Origin: a virus
Lineage: Duplodnaviria; Caudoviricetes
Reading direction: 5' to 3' (one strand)
Length of the DNA stretch: 64,000 nucleotides
Virus record (IMG/VR): IMGVR_UViG_3300036824_000037
Location: 32,001-96,000 of that record
How positions within the stretch are numbered: the stretch's first letter is position 1; the number at the start of each line of letters is the position of its first letter. The position numbers and the translations under genes are program-made. Shown piece after piece: positions 18,361-31,111 of the stretch. The notes beneath the pieces were generated by a model. The model searched no databases. It was not told where the DNA came from and saw nothing but the letters and a program-made list of their open reading frames with translations.

Positions 18361-19426
18361 GCGACGCGACCATGGAAGACCCGGCCGGGCGCCTGCTGTG
18401 GGACGAGGCGCGGGAGCTGGCGCGCGACGCGCTCGGCGACCAGGCCGACGACGAGGTGCTGCTCCAGGAGGTCACCGAGCAGATCTGCGAGCAGCTGAAA
18501 GCCGGGCAGCGGTGACCGGGCGCGCCGTCGCCGCCGGCTACTTCCTGTGGTCCCTAGTCGACTCCGTCCTGGGCGGGCTCTGCGCGACCGCGGTCCTGCG
18601 GTGGCACGGCTCGACGTTCACCGGGAGCTGGCTGACCGACTTCGCGCTCATCATGGCCGCCCACGCGGCTGCGGCGCCATTCCTCGGTCCCCGGCTCGAA
18701 CGCTGGCTCACCCGCGACGACTGAGGTCGCGTGACCGCACTGGGCGCCACGCCGTGGACCCGTGACGGACTGTCCGCTACAGTAGCGATATGAGCCCACG
18801 CAAGACCGTCTTCGTCTCGGTCAACCTCACGGAGGCGGCCCGCGACGAACTGCGCCAAGCCGTTCTGGACCTCACCACACCGGCCGGACGCCGACTGTCC
18901 ATGTCCGACGTCCTGACCGCGGCGCTGCAGGTCGCCGCCGACAACCCCGAGCAGATGCTCAACAAGCTGGGCGACAAGCCCGGAGAGGACTGATCATGGC
19001 CAAGTTCAAGGTCTACCTCGACACCGACCTCGTGAACTCCCGCGTCGAGCGCGAGTTCGAGATCCCCGACGACGAACTTGACGGGCTGTCCGACGAGTCG
19101 CGCAACACCCTGATCCGCGAGTACGCGCAGGACGAGGTGTGGCACCTGTTCGACTGGGGCTACGAGGAAGTCGGCGCCTCGACCGCGGCGCCCGAGGCCG
19201 CCGTGAAGGACGGCCTCGGCAAGCGCTACCTGCGCAGCCTGACGAGCTGACCATGGGCCGCGACACCCGCACCGCCACGATCCACGCGACCGTCTCCCGG
19301 CACAACAGCGGGCAGGACGACATCGACGACGCCCTGTGGGACAAGCTGCTCGCCGAGGTCCGCGCGATCGTGAACAAGCCCGAGTACGAACCCATCCGCC
19401 CCGACCTCGGATAAGTGAGGGTCCGC

Positions 19427-20272
19427 GTGACCGACAAGACCGCGCTCGGCGACCGCGTCAAGCGATACGAGCAAGCCGCCCACACCGTGCTGCCGCGCCG
19501 CTGCTACACCCTGATCCGCTGCGACGGACGCGCCTTCCACTCCTACCTGCGCGGCGCCGACAAGCCCTTCGACTACGCCTTCATGGACGACATGGACGCC
19601 ACCGCCGCAGCCCTCTGCGCGGAGATCTCCGGCGCCGCGTTCGCGTATGTGCAGTCCGACGAGATCAGCGTGCTGCTCACCGACTTCGCCACCCACGGCA
19701 CCGAGCCCTGGTTCGGCGGCGAGGTGCAGAAGATGGTGTCCATCGCCGCGGCCACCGCGACCGCGGCCCTGAACGCACGCCGCTACGACGGACCCAACGG
19801 CGCCCCGGGCACGGACCGTCTCGCGACGTTCGACGCAAGGGTGTTCACCCTCGCCGACGCCGCCGAGGTCGGCAACTACTTCATCTGGCGCCAACGCGAC
19901 GCGGTCCGAAACTCGATCACCATGGCGGCGCAGGCCCTGTTCTCGCATAAGCAACTCAACGGGGTGAACAGCGACCAGAAGCAGCAACTGCTGTGGGAGT
20001 CGGGCATCAACTGGAACGACTACCCGGACGGCGCGAAACGCGGCCGGATCGTCACCCGCAAGACCGGCGAGCGGGAGGTGACGTTCACCCACAAGCGCAC
20101 CCAGGAAACCGAGACGGTCACCGCGATGAGGTCGTGGTGGGACGCTGAGCCCGCCCCGCACTTCACGCTGGAGCCGGGTGGGTTCCTCGCGCGGACAATC
20201 CCGCCGCTGCCGACCCTGGCTGCCGCATCGGCAGAGTCGCCCGCCCTCGCAGAACTGGAGCCGACGCCGTGA
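19427..20272 (+). CDS. tRNA(His) guanylyltransferase Thg1-like protein
   Basis: IRCDGRAFH, YVQSDEIS, FGGEVQKMVS, FDARV, YFIWRQRDAVRNS, GINWNDYP...KRG. Confidence 0.92.
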   Translation: MTDKTALGDRVKRYEQAAHTVLPRRCYTLIRCDGRAFHSYLRGADKPFDYAFMDDMDATAAALCAEISGAAFAYVQSDEISVLLTDFATHGTEPWFGGEVQKMVSIAAATATAALNARRYDGPNGAPGTDRLATFDARVFTLADAAEVGNYFIWRQRDAVRNSITMAAQALFSHKQLNGVNSDQKQQLLWESGINWNDYPDGAKRGRIVTRKTGEREVTFTHKRTQETETVTAMRSWWDAEPAPHFTLEPGGFLARTIPPLPTLAAASAESPALAELEPTP

Positions 20273-22403
20273 CCGAAACCAACGATCGTCCGCTGTGCGG
20301 CCACTGCGGACGGCCCGTCACCGGCCGCGCCAGCGTCGGCGGCATCGACGTCTGCCACGCCGGCACCATGCCACCCCAAGCCGACCCGCCGGACTGCTAC
20401 CGGCCCGTCACCGTCTACCGCGAACCACTCGGCGCAAGGATCGGGGCCGAGCTCGCCGAAGCCCCGGACGACGACCGGGCGCACCGCCTCGTCATGAACC
20501 GCCTCTCGGAGGTCACCCTACTGACCGGCGAGCAGTGCCGGCGGGTCGCGCGGGACGTGCTGCACACGCTCGCGGCGGACGGGTTCGTGCTCGCCCGCAG
20601 ACAACCGGCATCGCCACAGGAAGGGGCGTCGCGGTGACCACCGACTACATGCCCGAGTTCGACGACCCACGCCCGGACAACCCGGTCGCCCGGCCCATCG
20701 TGTACGCCGTGACCTGCATGCCCGAGGACGCCCCGGACGCGGACCTGTACGAACTCACCGTCGAACACCGGGGCCCGGGCGACCGCTGGGCGGTCAAGCG
20801 GCGGTCGGGTCCCTGTGGCGCGACTCTCGGCCGGGACGGCTCCTGGGACCACAACGGCATCACCGCCCGGGACACCGCGGCCGCGTGGCGTGAGGCGCAC
20901 TACCTGCCGTTCGCTGTGGCGATGGACCTCGCCAAGCGGTACGCGCCGCTGATCGAGGTGAGCGGTATGACCGCGGCCGGGCGCCTGGAGTGGCACGCCA
21001 ACCAGGCGCAGAGGGAAGGCGTAGCGCCATGAGCGACGCCGTCCACGAAGAGCCGACCGCCGACCCCGAAGAGGGCGCCGCGATCATCGACCCCGCGGTG
21101 CGCGACACCAGCCTCGCCGAGAAGCTGCGCTGGCTCGCCGGCCAAAGCGTCATCGTCGAATCGCCCGGCGCCCGGCATGTGCTCGCGTACCTGGTGCGCG
21201 ACGCCGAAACGCTCGAAGCCGACCTCGCCGCCTTCACCGTCCACACGAGCCGCGGCGGCACCAACGAACTACGCTGCGACCGCGAACCCGCCGACCACGG
21301 CCCGGACCAGGTCAACCGCACCAGCCTCGCCGGGATGTGGGACGGGAGCATGCCGCTGCCCCGGATCGTGGGGCTCGCCCGCGAGCACAACCGGCTGCAC
21401 CACACTGGACAGGCCGCGCCCGCAACCGAGGAGAATCCGTGATCCCGATCCGTGCCCGCTCCGACTCGCCCATCACCACCGTCGGCGGGGTGCGCGACCT
21501 CACCCCGAATCATCCGCTCGTCGGCGAGCGTTGCCCCGTGTGCGACGGCTGGCTCGTCGACGCCCCGATCACGCTCGTGCTGGTCGGTTTCGACCCCGAG
21601 GTGCGCGCCGAGGGCAAGACCTGGTGCACCGGCGCCGCGGTTGCCGTGCACGCCGCCTGCGCGGGCGTGGCGGCCGAGTCCGGGGCGCCGGAGCCGACGT
21701 GACCGCAGTCCCGCTGCCGCGCCGCGACCGGATGGCCGGCCGCTACTTCTCGCAGTGCCCGTCCTGCCGCACCGGACGCACCCTCGGTCCGTGCTGCGGC
21801 GGGGGCGGACCCGTGGACCCCAAGACGCGGCGCAAGGCCGAGAATGCCGCTGTGCGGCGACACGTGGATGACGTGCTCGGCGGGTCGGCGTGGCGCAATG
21901 ATTGGGACAATGAGACACCCGACGACGCGCCGGAACTGTGCGAGTACTGCGGCCACAACCCGGCGCTCTACGACACGCAGGAAGGCTTCCTGTGCGGCTG
22001 GTGCGACCGGCGGCTCAATCCGCGCGAGGCAGACGATGACTGAGCGCGAGACGCTGGAGGAGACCCGTCGCTGGCGCGTCGCGAAAATCGGTGCCGTGCT
22101 CGCCGAAGCCGGACTCCCCGCCTACGAGATGAACCACCTCGCGACCAACCCGTTCAACGACCCCGTGCGCCAGCCCGGATACGCCGCCGCCTCCTGGAAA
22201 GACCACCCCGACTGCGTGTTCACCGAATGGATCGACTCCTTCTTCGGCCACGGCAGTAACTGGCGCTACGGCTGCGACCGGATCATGCGGGCCCTGCGTG
22301 ACGCCGGCTACACGGTCGAGGAACCGGGGGCGTGCGGCCCGATCAATGAACAGATACGGACGCACGACTACATGCGCGTCACACGACCGGCGCGGGAACC
22401 CGA

Positions 22404-22955
22404 GTGACCGCCCGAACGATCGCGGCGTCGGCCCGCGCGGAAGCCGAACGGGTACTGGCCGAGCATCACCCCGACGCCACCGTGCCCGTCCCGGTCGAAT
22501 CGATCACCCTGCGCCTGGGTGCGAAACGGGTCGGCAAGCGCCACGACGGCACCGACGCGGTCGTGTTCGCGCTGCAATCCGCCTACGGCGAGCAGGTCAT
22601 CGGCGTGAACAGCAGCCACGGCGGCCCGCGTCAGCGTTTCGCCCTCGCGCACGCCCTCGGCCATGTACGCCTGCACGAGTACGAGTTGGTGATCTGTCAT
22701 GAGATCCGCGACGGCGGCAGCGGGAAACGCCCGGCGGCCCGCGCCACGATCGAGCAGGAACGCGCCGCGAACCATTTCGCCGCCGAGTTACTGATACCCG
22801 CACCCCTAGTGCTACGAGAGGTGCGCGGCTGGCTGGACGGCGCCGACACCGGCTCCGACCGGGACCGGCTCACCAAGGACCTCGCGAAGCTGTTCGTCGT
22901 CTCCTACGAGGCCATGGCGTTCCGGCTGGTCGACCTCGCGGTAATCGTGCCGTGA
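22404..22955 (+). CDS. ImmA/IrrE-family protein with degenerate HExxH (HALGH)
   Basis: RQRFALAHALGH...ERAANHFAAELLIP...VSYEAMAFRL. Confidence 0.8.
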   Translation: MTARTIAASARAEAERVLAEHHPDATVPVPVESITLRLGAKRVGKRHDGTDAVVFALQSAYGEQVIGVNSSHGGPRQRFALAHALGHVRLHEYELVICHEIRDGGSGKRPAARATIEQERAANHFAAELLIPAPLVLREVRGWLDGADTGSDRDRLTKDLAKLFVVSYEAMAFRLVDLAVIVP

Positions 22956-23844
22956 CGTGTCCCGATGTCTCAATCATTGCGCCACCAGGCGGGATACTGG
23001 ACGGGTGACCGCCGACGAGCCGCAGACCACGCCCGACTGGTTCGGCGACCCGGACGCCACACACGAACCGTTCGCCGAACCCACAGGCGCCGGGTTCCGG
23101 CCCGCGTGCTCCTGCGGGTTCCGCGCACCGCTCACCCACGACACCGAGGACGGGGCCATGCGCGCCGCGCGGGTCCACGTCGCGTGCTCCACGCCCCAGC
23201 CGCCGCCGCGGTACATGGCGGACATGAACGGCGACGACACGGTGGTGTTCTGCGTGCAGCACCCGAACCCGCCGCTGATCGTGGTCGCGCCGCCGCCAAA
23301 CGAACACCAAACCGAGATCGCCCAGGCGGTGCAGGCGCATGAACGGGAGTTCCACGGTGACGGCTCGGCCGGCTGAGTACCCGATCACGGGCCGGTATTT
23401 CGCCACGGCGCAGGACTGCGCGGTCAACTACTGGTGCCGCAGCCACCCGGACACACCGGTGTTCACGCTTCCCAGCCGCCGCTACGACCGTGACGACGTG
23501 ATCGAGGAGTTGTGCCGCCACGAACTGGCCGAGCACCCGTTCCCGCAGGACGAGGATCTGGGCCTGGTCGAGCTGGTACGCCTCGGATTCCAGGGCGACT
23601 TCTGGTCTCCGCAGCCGCTGACGCCCCGGGCAGCCGCGGAGATGATGCGCCAGGGGTTCGCGTCCCGGCCGAAGAACCCGCTGCTCCCGCCCGCCACGTT
23701 CTAAATCCTGCCGGTGCGGGCGAGCTCGAGCAGCGTGGCCGCGTCACCCGGTCGCGTGCAATCCGAGGAAACTCCTGACGCGCCATCAACCGGGTGCTAA
23801 GACAAGAAACACCCGCGCCACCCAACCCGGAAAGGATCACCCTG

Positions 23845-24216
23845 ATGCGCATCGAACGTGTGGTGCTGACCGACGACTTGGACCCCGAGAGCGAAGCCGC
23901 GGAAACGGTCTTGTTCAGCCTCGACGGCACCAACTACCAGATCGACCTCAACGACGAGAACGCCGCCGCGTTTCGCGCAACCGTCAGCCGATACGCCGAC
24001 GCCGGCCGACGCGTGCGCGGCCAGCACGCCCGGGCGCCGCGCGTCTGGCGTCCCGCACCCAAAGCGCCCGCCCGCCCGGTCGTGGCGTCCGCGCCGCCAG
24101 AGCCGAGCACGCACGACGTGCGGGCCTGGGCGCGCAGCGAGGGCATCGCGGTCAACGACAGGGGGCGCCTGAGCCGCGAACTGATCGACCGGTACCAGAG
24201 CGCCCACGCGCACTGA
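23845..24216 (+). CDS. lsr2: Lsr2 nucleoid-associated protein
   Basis: LTDDLD...FSLDGTNYQIDLNDENA dimerisation domain; VRAWARSEGIAVNDRGRL with RGR hook. Confidence 0.9.
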   Translation: MRIERVVLTDDLDPESEAAETVLFSLDGTNYQIDLNDENAAAFRATVSRYADAGRRVRGQHARAPRVWRPAPKAPARPVVASAPPEPSTHDVRAWARSEGIAVNDRGRLSRELIDRYQSAHAH

Positions 24217-24397
24217 GCCAGCCAGCGTCGCGCAGGCGGCACACTGGAGCCGTGACCACGCAACCAGTCTCGCCCGGCGAGCGGATCGCGCACGCACTGC
24301 GCATCCAAGCCGAGACCCGCAGCCGCCGCGACGCCCACCCCGTCGGGCTCGTGCACCACCGACCCCTGCGCGCCGCCACGCCCACGCTGAGGCTGCG

Positions 24398-24688
24398 ATG
24401 ACCGGCGAGACCCGCGTCGTATCCGCTCGCGTGCCCGACGCCCTCGCGGCGCGGTTGAACCACCTCGCCGACCACAGCGGACGCACCCTGTCCGAGATCA
24501 TGCGTGACGCCGTCGAGGCGTTCCTGCACCCGCAGCCGCCGCCGGTGACCCTGATCGCGTCGCACGGCGCCCGCATCCGGATCCGCACGCCCGTGTGGCC
24601 GATGTGCACCGAGAACTCGAACCCGGTCACCGGGCAGCAGATGACGTTGACACACATCCCCGGGATTCAGGGGGCGACGCGTGGATGA
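24398..24688 (+). CDS. CopG/ribbon-helix-helix protein
   Basis: VVSARVPDALAARLNHLADHSGRTLSEIMRDAVEAFL. Confidence 0.7.
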   Translation: MTGETRVVSARVPDALAARLNHLADHSGRTLSEIMRDAVEAFLHPQPPPVTLIASHGARIRIRTPVWPMCTENSNPVTGQQMTLTHIPGIQGATRG

Positions 24689-24987
24689 GTGACGCCTTGG
24701 ACGTGTTCATCGCCGAGCAGCAGCATGATCCGGTTTTCGCCGATGCCTACGAAGACGCCGAGGCGCGCGCCGCTCTGCTGCGCAGCCTCGTCGAGCAGCG
24801 CAAGGCGCGCGGGCTCAGTCAGTCGCAGGTCGCCGAGCGAATGGGCACGACCCAGTCCGCGGTGTCGGATCTGGAGTCCGGCGGCAGCGACCCGCGCTTG
24901 TCCACGCTGCAGCGCTACGCCCGCGCGGTGAACGCTGCGATCCGCCTCGGGCTGGTCGGTCCGCGCGGTGGCACGATAGGCGCGTGA
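24685..24987 (+). CDS. XRE-family HTH regulator (HigA-like)
   Basis: RKARGLSQSQVAERMGTTQSAVSDLESGGSDPRLSTLQRYA. Confidence 0.85.
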   Translation: MSDALDVFIAEQQHDPVFADAYEDAEARAALLRSLVEQRKARGLSQSQVAERMGTTQSAVSDLESGGSDPRLSTLQRYARAVNAAIRLGLVGPRGGTIGA

Positions 24988-27900
24988 CCACCTACCCCGC
25001 CGAGCCGACCGGCCTCGAGCAGGCCGAAGCGCTCGCCGCCGACAACCCGATCCCCGCCGAGCTGCGCAAGCAGATCGGGAACTGGATCGAACCGCAGACC
25101 ATGAACACGGAAACGAAGCACCGCGACGCCATGGCCTGCGTTGACATCGCGTACCCGCTGATCCGCGCGTACATCGGCGAACGCGAGCGCCTCGTTCACG
25201 ACGACCCGCAGCTGGCGCAGCAGATCCGGGAGGGTGTCGCGGACGCCGAGCGGGGCGACACCGTCTACCTCGGGTCGTTCGCGCAGTTCCTCGACGAGCC
25301 GGCGGCCGATGCCTGACCCCGACGCGGAGCTGCGCCGCATGCAGCGCCCGTTCACACCCGCCTACTACCGCGCTGACCTCGGTCCGCGCCGGGAGGACGG
25401 CACCCCGTACAACCTGCCGCCCGCGTACTACTGCCTAACGGAGTCCATCGCGAGGTCGTGGTTTCCGTCGTGGCCGTACGACGTCGTGCGGCTGCGCGTC
25501 GAGGAAGACGATGCCTGACCGGGTCGGCCGCTGGGTCGAGCCGCCGATCCTGCCCGAGGTCGACGCGCCGGCCCCGGACCTGATCCAAGTGCCGGGCGCG
25601 CAACTCTGGCGGCGCCTGAACGTCGAGGCGCACAACAAGGCCAGCCGTGGCGGCCACACCGAGTTCGTGGTCCTCGCCCGGGCGCCGCTACCCGACGGGT
25701 CCTGGGCGGTCCTCGCGGCGTGGCAGGGGGCGTGGCGGCAACCGGGCGGGCGAACCACGGGCAAGGCGCGCTTCGGGTGGGTGCGGCTGCTCGAAGACCG
25801 GGTCACGCCCGCGACCCCGCCGCCGGGCCTGGTCGCCCGTGAGGGCTTCGAATGGCACGGGTGGGCGCAGAGCAGCCAAATCGCCGAGGCGGTACGGCAG
25901 GCGGCCGCGCTGCTGCCGGAGTACCTGCGCGCTGCGGCGCTGACGCCGAAACCGGCCGTGCCGGACGACGAACTTCCTTGACGGGGAAGTGCGAAAAACG
26001 ATCCCTTGCGCCCATCGCCGCAGGTCGCTACTTGACGACTTGATGCGCCTGGCGCGCGTCACAATGAGCGGGTGACAACCGAACAGCCCGGGGCGCCGCG
26101 TTCCCGATCGTGGCGATGGACCCTGCCAGCGGCCTCGACAGCCCGCTGATCTCCGGTGTGCGGGAACCGGACGGCACGTTCCGCCTCGACCAAGAGGCCA
26201 GAAGCGGCCTGGGGATCTCGTGCACGGTGTTCGACGCTGCGGGCAACCCGGTCGGCGGCGAGTTCCAGATCGACCGGGCCACCTACGCCGAACTGGTCGG
26301 GCGCCTACACGGGCCGGTGCGCGAAGCCGCCGAGGCGCTGAGTCGGGCCATGGAGCCCATCGCGGCCGCCACCGAGACGATGGGGAGCCTGACCGAGCGG
26401 CTGATCGCGTCCGTGATGAACGCGCGGCCCGAGCCGCGGGACTTGGTGATCGAACTCACGGCGGACACCACGCAGTTCGCCGAAGCGCTGATGCAGATGG
26501 GCGCGTCGCGGCGACTGGCGCCGGCGCCCGCGGCCTCACGCGGCCCGACCCGGTTCGACGACGACCGCGACATGTCCGCCGCGGTCCCGCTCACCGACGC
26601 CGACCGGGACTGGAAGTCCTACGGCAACACCTGCGCCCACGTGTGCGGCGCTGATCCGGGGCACGCGTGCGACGCCCGTGCGACCACGACCCTGAAGCAT
26701 CCGCTGCCCTCGGGCGGGGTGCGGGACCTGCCGCTGTGCTCGCCGTGCGCGCAGGCCGAGGCTGCGGACAGCGACCCGGCGCCAACGGAACCGCCCCCGA
26801 TCGCGGTCGCTGAGCGCTCGATGGATCTCGACGAGATGCTCGAGCACTTCTCGCGACTGCGCCCGGCCTCGGACTTCCTCGTCCCCGCGGACGCGGCCCA
26901 GCCGGTTGTGCCGCCCGGCCGCGTGTCCACGGTCTGCGCCGGACTGCCCCTCGACGACGAACACCGGCAGGTGCTGGACGCGTACCGTGAGGCGCACCGG
27001 GGAGCGGCCGGGATGCCCTGGACCGGCGAGACACTGAGCGACGCGATGGTGAACGCGGCCGTGGACTGGTGGAACCGGGAGCACGCGGAGGCTGGTGATG
27101 AGTGACGACGACCACGAAGACCTGGACGCCCTCACCCGCGCGGAACTCGCCGAACTCGACGGCCCCGCATCCACCGTCGCGACCGTGCTCGACGAGTGGA
27201 ACCACCGGCTGCACGGGCTGACGTCCAGCAGCCACGGCGCCGGCCTGTTCCTCGACCTGCTCGCGGCGGAAGGCTGGCGGGTCACGCCGATCAACGCCCC
27301 GGACCTTGACGGCCTGCTCGCCGCGCCACGGCCGATGGCCTCGGTCGAGTTCCCGCCGGACACCACCGACGAGGAGATAATCCGGTTCCGGGTCGCGTGG
27401 ACCGAAGCCGGCGGTGGGCCGCTTCAGCTCAAGCGTGAAGGCGACCAGCGACCGTTCACGGGTGTGCAGGTGCCCTCGGAGCCGGTGCGGGTCACGTACT
27501 TAGCGGGCGTCAGCGAAGAGGAACTTGAGCGGGCGCGGCAGGCCGTGCTCGAATCCGCGACCGCGGTACTGCGCGAACAGCAGGCGGCGAGCGATGACTG
27601 AACGGTTCACGGCCCCCATATCCGGCCTGTACCACCTGCCGATATCCGACACCCCGCACCTGGCCTCGGAGTGCACCGACACCTGCCAGACGGTCGGCGG
27701 CCCGTTCACGGCACTGCCCGGCACCTACCAGCAGATCACGCTCGACAGCGACCCACGCCCCGAGCCGCGAGCCCACCAGTACGTAGTCGGCGGACTGCCG
27801 CACGACCCGACACCCGAACAACTCGCGGCCATCGCATCCGGCGACTGGCCGATCCGGCAGCCGGACGACGCCCGGCGCGAGGCAGCTGATGATGACTGAC

Positions 27901-28454
27901 GCGGACGAGCTGACTGCGGCACGGCGATGGGCGTCAGCGCGGACTGCCGAGGATGCGGCGCGGCGGATGGAGAAGCTGGCCGAGGATCTGGAGCGGGTGA
28001 TCCTGTCAATGCCGGACACGGACAAGGACCGGGAACGGTGCGACGCGGCGGCCCTGGCCTATCGGGAGTCGGCCAGGATCGTGCGGGAAGAGGGCGGGGA
28101 CGTCGATGGCTGACGATCTGGACGCGGCGGTCCGTGCGTGGCTTACCCCGGTGCCGACGGTCGAGCCGTGGGGCGAGTGGATGCGCCGCAGCCACGCCGC
28201 GCTGATCGCCGTGCTCGACCTGCACCAGCCGCAGTGGAACGGCGGCAAACGAATCTGCTGGCACTGCGTCTACCCCATGGGCGGCGACAACGTGGACTGG
28301 CCATGCGAAACGGTCGAGTCGATCGCGAAGGAACTCGGCGTGGAGGTGGCCGGCCCCGACGCGCCGCACCCGGTCACGTCCGCGGACATGGCCGCCGGAT
28401 TCAAGGCGATGGACGCGGCAGGCCTGCGGCTGTTCGGGCCGAAGGAGACGGACG

Positions 28455-28907
28455 GTGGCTGACGGCCTCGCCGTGTTCCTGCGCCAACGCTACGAGCAGG
28501 AGGCGGGCACCGCGCGGTTCGCGACGCAGTACAACTCCGGGACCTGGCGCCTGATGGCGAGCTGCACCATCGACATGGGCGTGCGGGTCGACGACGACGG
28601 CGACGCCTGGGGCGGCACGTTCGCCACCGACTCGGACCCCGGGGCCGCGCAGCACATCCTCGACTGGCAGCCCGCGCGAGTGCTGCGCACGGTCGCCGCC
28701 AAGCAGCGGCGCCTGGAGTTGCACTCGACCGCCGGGGACACGTGCCGGGTGTGCGCGACCGTGTGGCCGTGCGAGACGCTGCTGCTCGACGCGGCCGAGT
28801 ACGCGGGCGAGGACGGGTGGTGCGCGGCGTGGGCGCCGGCGGAGTTCACTGAGCGCCCGGACGTGGTCGTCGCGGGCGAGGTCGTACGCAGGGAGCTGAC
28901 GGCATGA
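28455..28907 (+). CDS. DUF6221-family phage protein
   Basis: LAVFLRQR...HILDWQPARVLRTVAAKQRRLELH...WPCETL. Confidence 0.65.
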   Translation: MADGLAVFLRQRYEQEAGTARFATQYNSGTWRLMASCTIDMGVRVDDDGDAWGGTFATDSDPGAAQHILDWQPARVLRTVAAKQRRLELHSTAGDTCRVCATVWPCETLLLDAAEYAGEDGWCAAWAPAEFTERPDVVVAGEVVRRELTA

Positions 28908-30033
28908 GCGAGCTAGTCGAGGACGAGTGGAGGCTGGCGTGAGCCTGGAAGAGATCGAGCGGGAGATCGACGACCTCGGACTGCGCGACGAGGTCGAAGC
29001 CGCAGCGGCCGAGTACGCCGCCCTGCAACAGCCCGTGTACTGGCCCGGACTGGGCGAGATATCGCTGCTCGCCGCACAGATGTTGTCGGCGCCGTCCCTG
29101 CGGATCGGCAGCCCGGCCGGCAAGTGCTACACGGTTGGCGAGTCGCTCGTGCACGTCAAGCCCGACTGCCGCTGCCCCAAGAGGCGGCGGTGACCTGGCC
29201 GCTGCGCCTGCTGGTGCGTGCGCTGCGCCGACGACGCCACCGGGAGGCAGCGGGCCGGGTCCGGGCGCTTGAGGTCGCGCTGGGCCTGATCGAGCCGGAC
29301 TTCGTCGAGCTGCACGCGGACCCGGACCTGATCGACTGGGGTCACGGCCGGCGCGCACGCAAGCAGCGGGAGCGGTACGTGTGGCCGGAGAAGGGCGGCT
29401 ACACCGCCGGGAACGTGTCCGTGAGCGAGATGGGGCCGCTTCCCGAGGTGCTGATGCGGCCCGGACTCGGGTCGCGCACTGGGACGGGTCAGCGTTCGCC
29501 GAAGGGCGTCGCCAGGCCGCCGCTGGTCACGGAGCAGCAGGAGACTCCGCCGGCCGCGACGTACGTGCCGGAGCGGTGAGTTGTCGCCACCCGCTGGCAG
29601 GATGAGCGCATGGAGACCGCGACCGCTGGCACCGTCCCCTTCGAGCACGACGGCCTTGACTGGGCGATCCCGCGAGACCTCATCGACGCGCAGGTCGAGT
29701 GGGACCGCGCCCACGCCGCGTGCACCCGTCTCGCCGACGGCGGCGACCGGGCGCAGTACGAGCGGATGCGGACCCGCAGACTCGGGATCACGCTCTACCT
29801 GCACCGCCACCCATGGCTGATCGACCACATGGCGGCGGGGCGCAGGCATCAGGCGGATCAGGCGCTCAAGGCGTGCGCGCGGGTATCGGATCCAACTTTC
29901 GGCCCTCAGGCTTGAAGTCGAAGGCCTTCAGTTCAACTTCCCTTCGGTATCGTCGTATGTGGCGTCGCGCGACGCCCACGTTCGACATCCCGACCCGGGC
30001 GCGGTGCCGGCCAAGGCCCTCTGGGTCCGCGCA

Positions 30034-30065
30034 GAACGGCGCCCTACCCCCGTAGGGCGCCGTTC
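30034..30065. terminator. Hairpin between convergent transcription units
   Basis: 14-bp stem GAACGGCGCCCTAC / GTAGGGCGCCGTTC. Confidence 0.55.
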
Positions 30066-30428
30066 GCGTTCCCCCGAAGACGGCAGCGCCGCCCCCCAAT
30101 CAGCGAGGGGCGGCACCTGCTCAACCCCGGTCGAGCGCCCTACGCGGCCCACGGTAGCGCCGAGTGGCCGTCGCCGAACGGTGGCGTGCGCGAGCGAACC
30201 CCCGAAGTGTCCGGGCGGACAGCCCAAGTGGCCCGTCGGACAGGTTCGGACAGTCTCGGGCGGCGCGCGCAACAACTGGAAACAACTCGCCGACCTGCGC
30301 GGACGCCCCGGGAGGTGCGGTAGGCTGACGGCGCAACAACGCCTGGCGCAGAAGCGGCCCCGGTGGCGACCCGGGGCCGCTGTCGCTTTTCCGGGTGAAC
30401 TCCCAATCCGGGACCTACTAGTCGGTAG

Positions 30429-30848
30429 CTAGTAGTTGGCCCGCGCCTTCGATTCCAGTGCCGCGAACTCGCCCCGCCAGAACGCCGCCAGCAGCCGCTC
30501 GCGCGCCTCGGCCGAGGTCGCCACCTCGCCCCACCGGTCCGCGTGCGTACCCCGCTCGACCCGCCCGGCCCTGACGTCCGCCCACAGCCGGTCCAGCGCC
30601 GCGTCCAGCAGGTCCTGCGCCTCCGCCTCGACCAGCGCCACCACGTCGACCGCGAACGACACCTCGCGCCCGACCCGGTCCCACGCGTACGCGTACACCT
30701 TCACCAGTGCCTCGTCCGCGATCGCGTGGACCGTCTCCAGGGGCGCTGGCAGCCACGACAACGAGACGCGGGCGCCCCCGGCGTCGGTGACGTACGCGCT
30801 GGCGTAGACGACCGTCGCGGTCAGCTCCCGGCGCCGACGTCGGCGCAT
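30429..30848 (-). CDS. Hypothetical protein, last gene of the rsr-csp unit
   Basis: ATG a few nt after the csp stop; coding-like composition. Confidence 0.45.
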   Translation of the reverse strand: MRRRRRRELTATVVYASAYVTDAGGARVSLSWLPAPLETVHAIADEALVKVYAYAWDRVGREVSFAVDVVALVEAEAQDLLDAALDRLWADVRAGRVERGTHADRWGEVATSAEARERLLAAFWRGEFAALESKARANY

Positions 30849-30852
30849 GGCG

Positions 30853-31053
30853 TCAGGCGAGACGGATGTTCGCCGCCTGCAAACCTTTCTGCCCCTTCTC
30901 CACATCAAATTCGACGCGTTGCCCCTCCGCCAGTTCGCGGAACCCGTCCGCCTGGATCGCTGAGTAGTGCGCGAACACATCCGAGCCGTTGTCCACGGCG
31001 ATGAAGCCGTAGCCCTTCTCGGCGTTGAACCACTTGACCGTGCCGGTTGCCAT
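30853..31053 (-). CDS. cspA: Cold-shock protein
   Basis: [18 protein letters not shown]...DVFAHYSAI (RNP1/RNP2). Confidence 0.95.
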   Translation of the reverse strand: MATGTVKWFNAEKGYGFIAVDNGSDVFAHYSAIQADGFRELAEGQRVEFDVEKGQKGLQAANIRLA

Positions 31054-31111
31054 GACGCTGCCTTCTCGTGCAGTGATCTGTTTCACCGAGTATGCCCTGC
31101 CTGTGCGCCCG

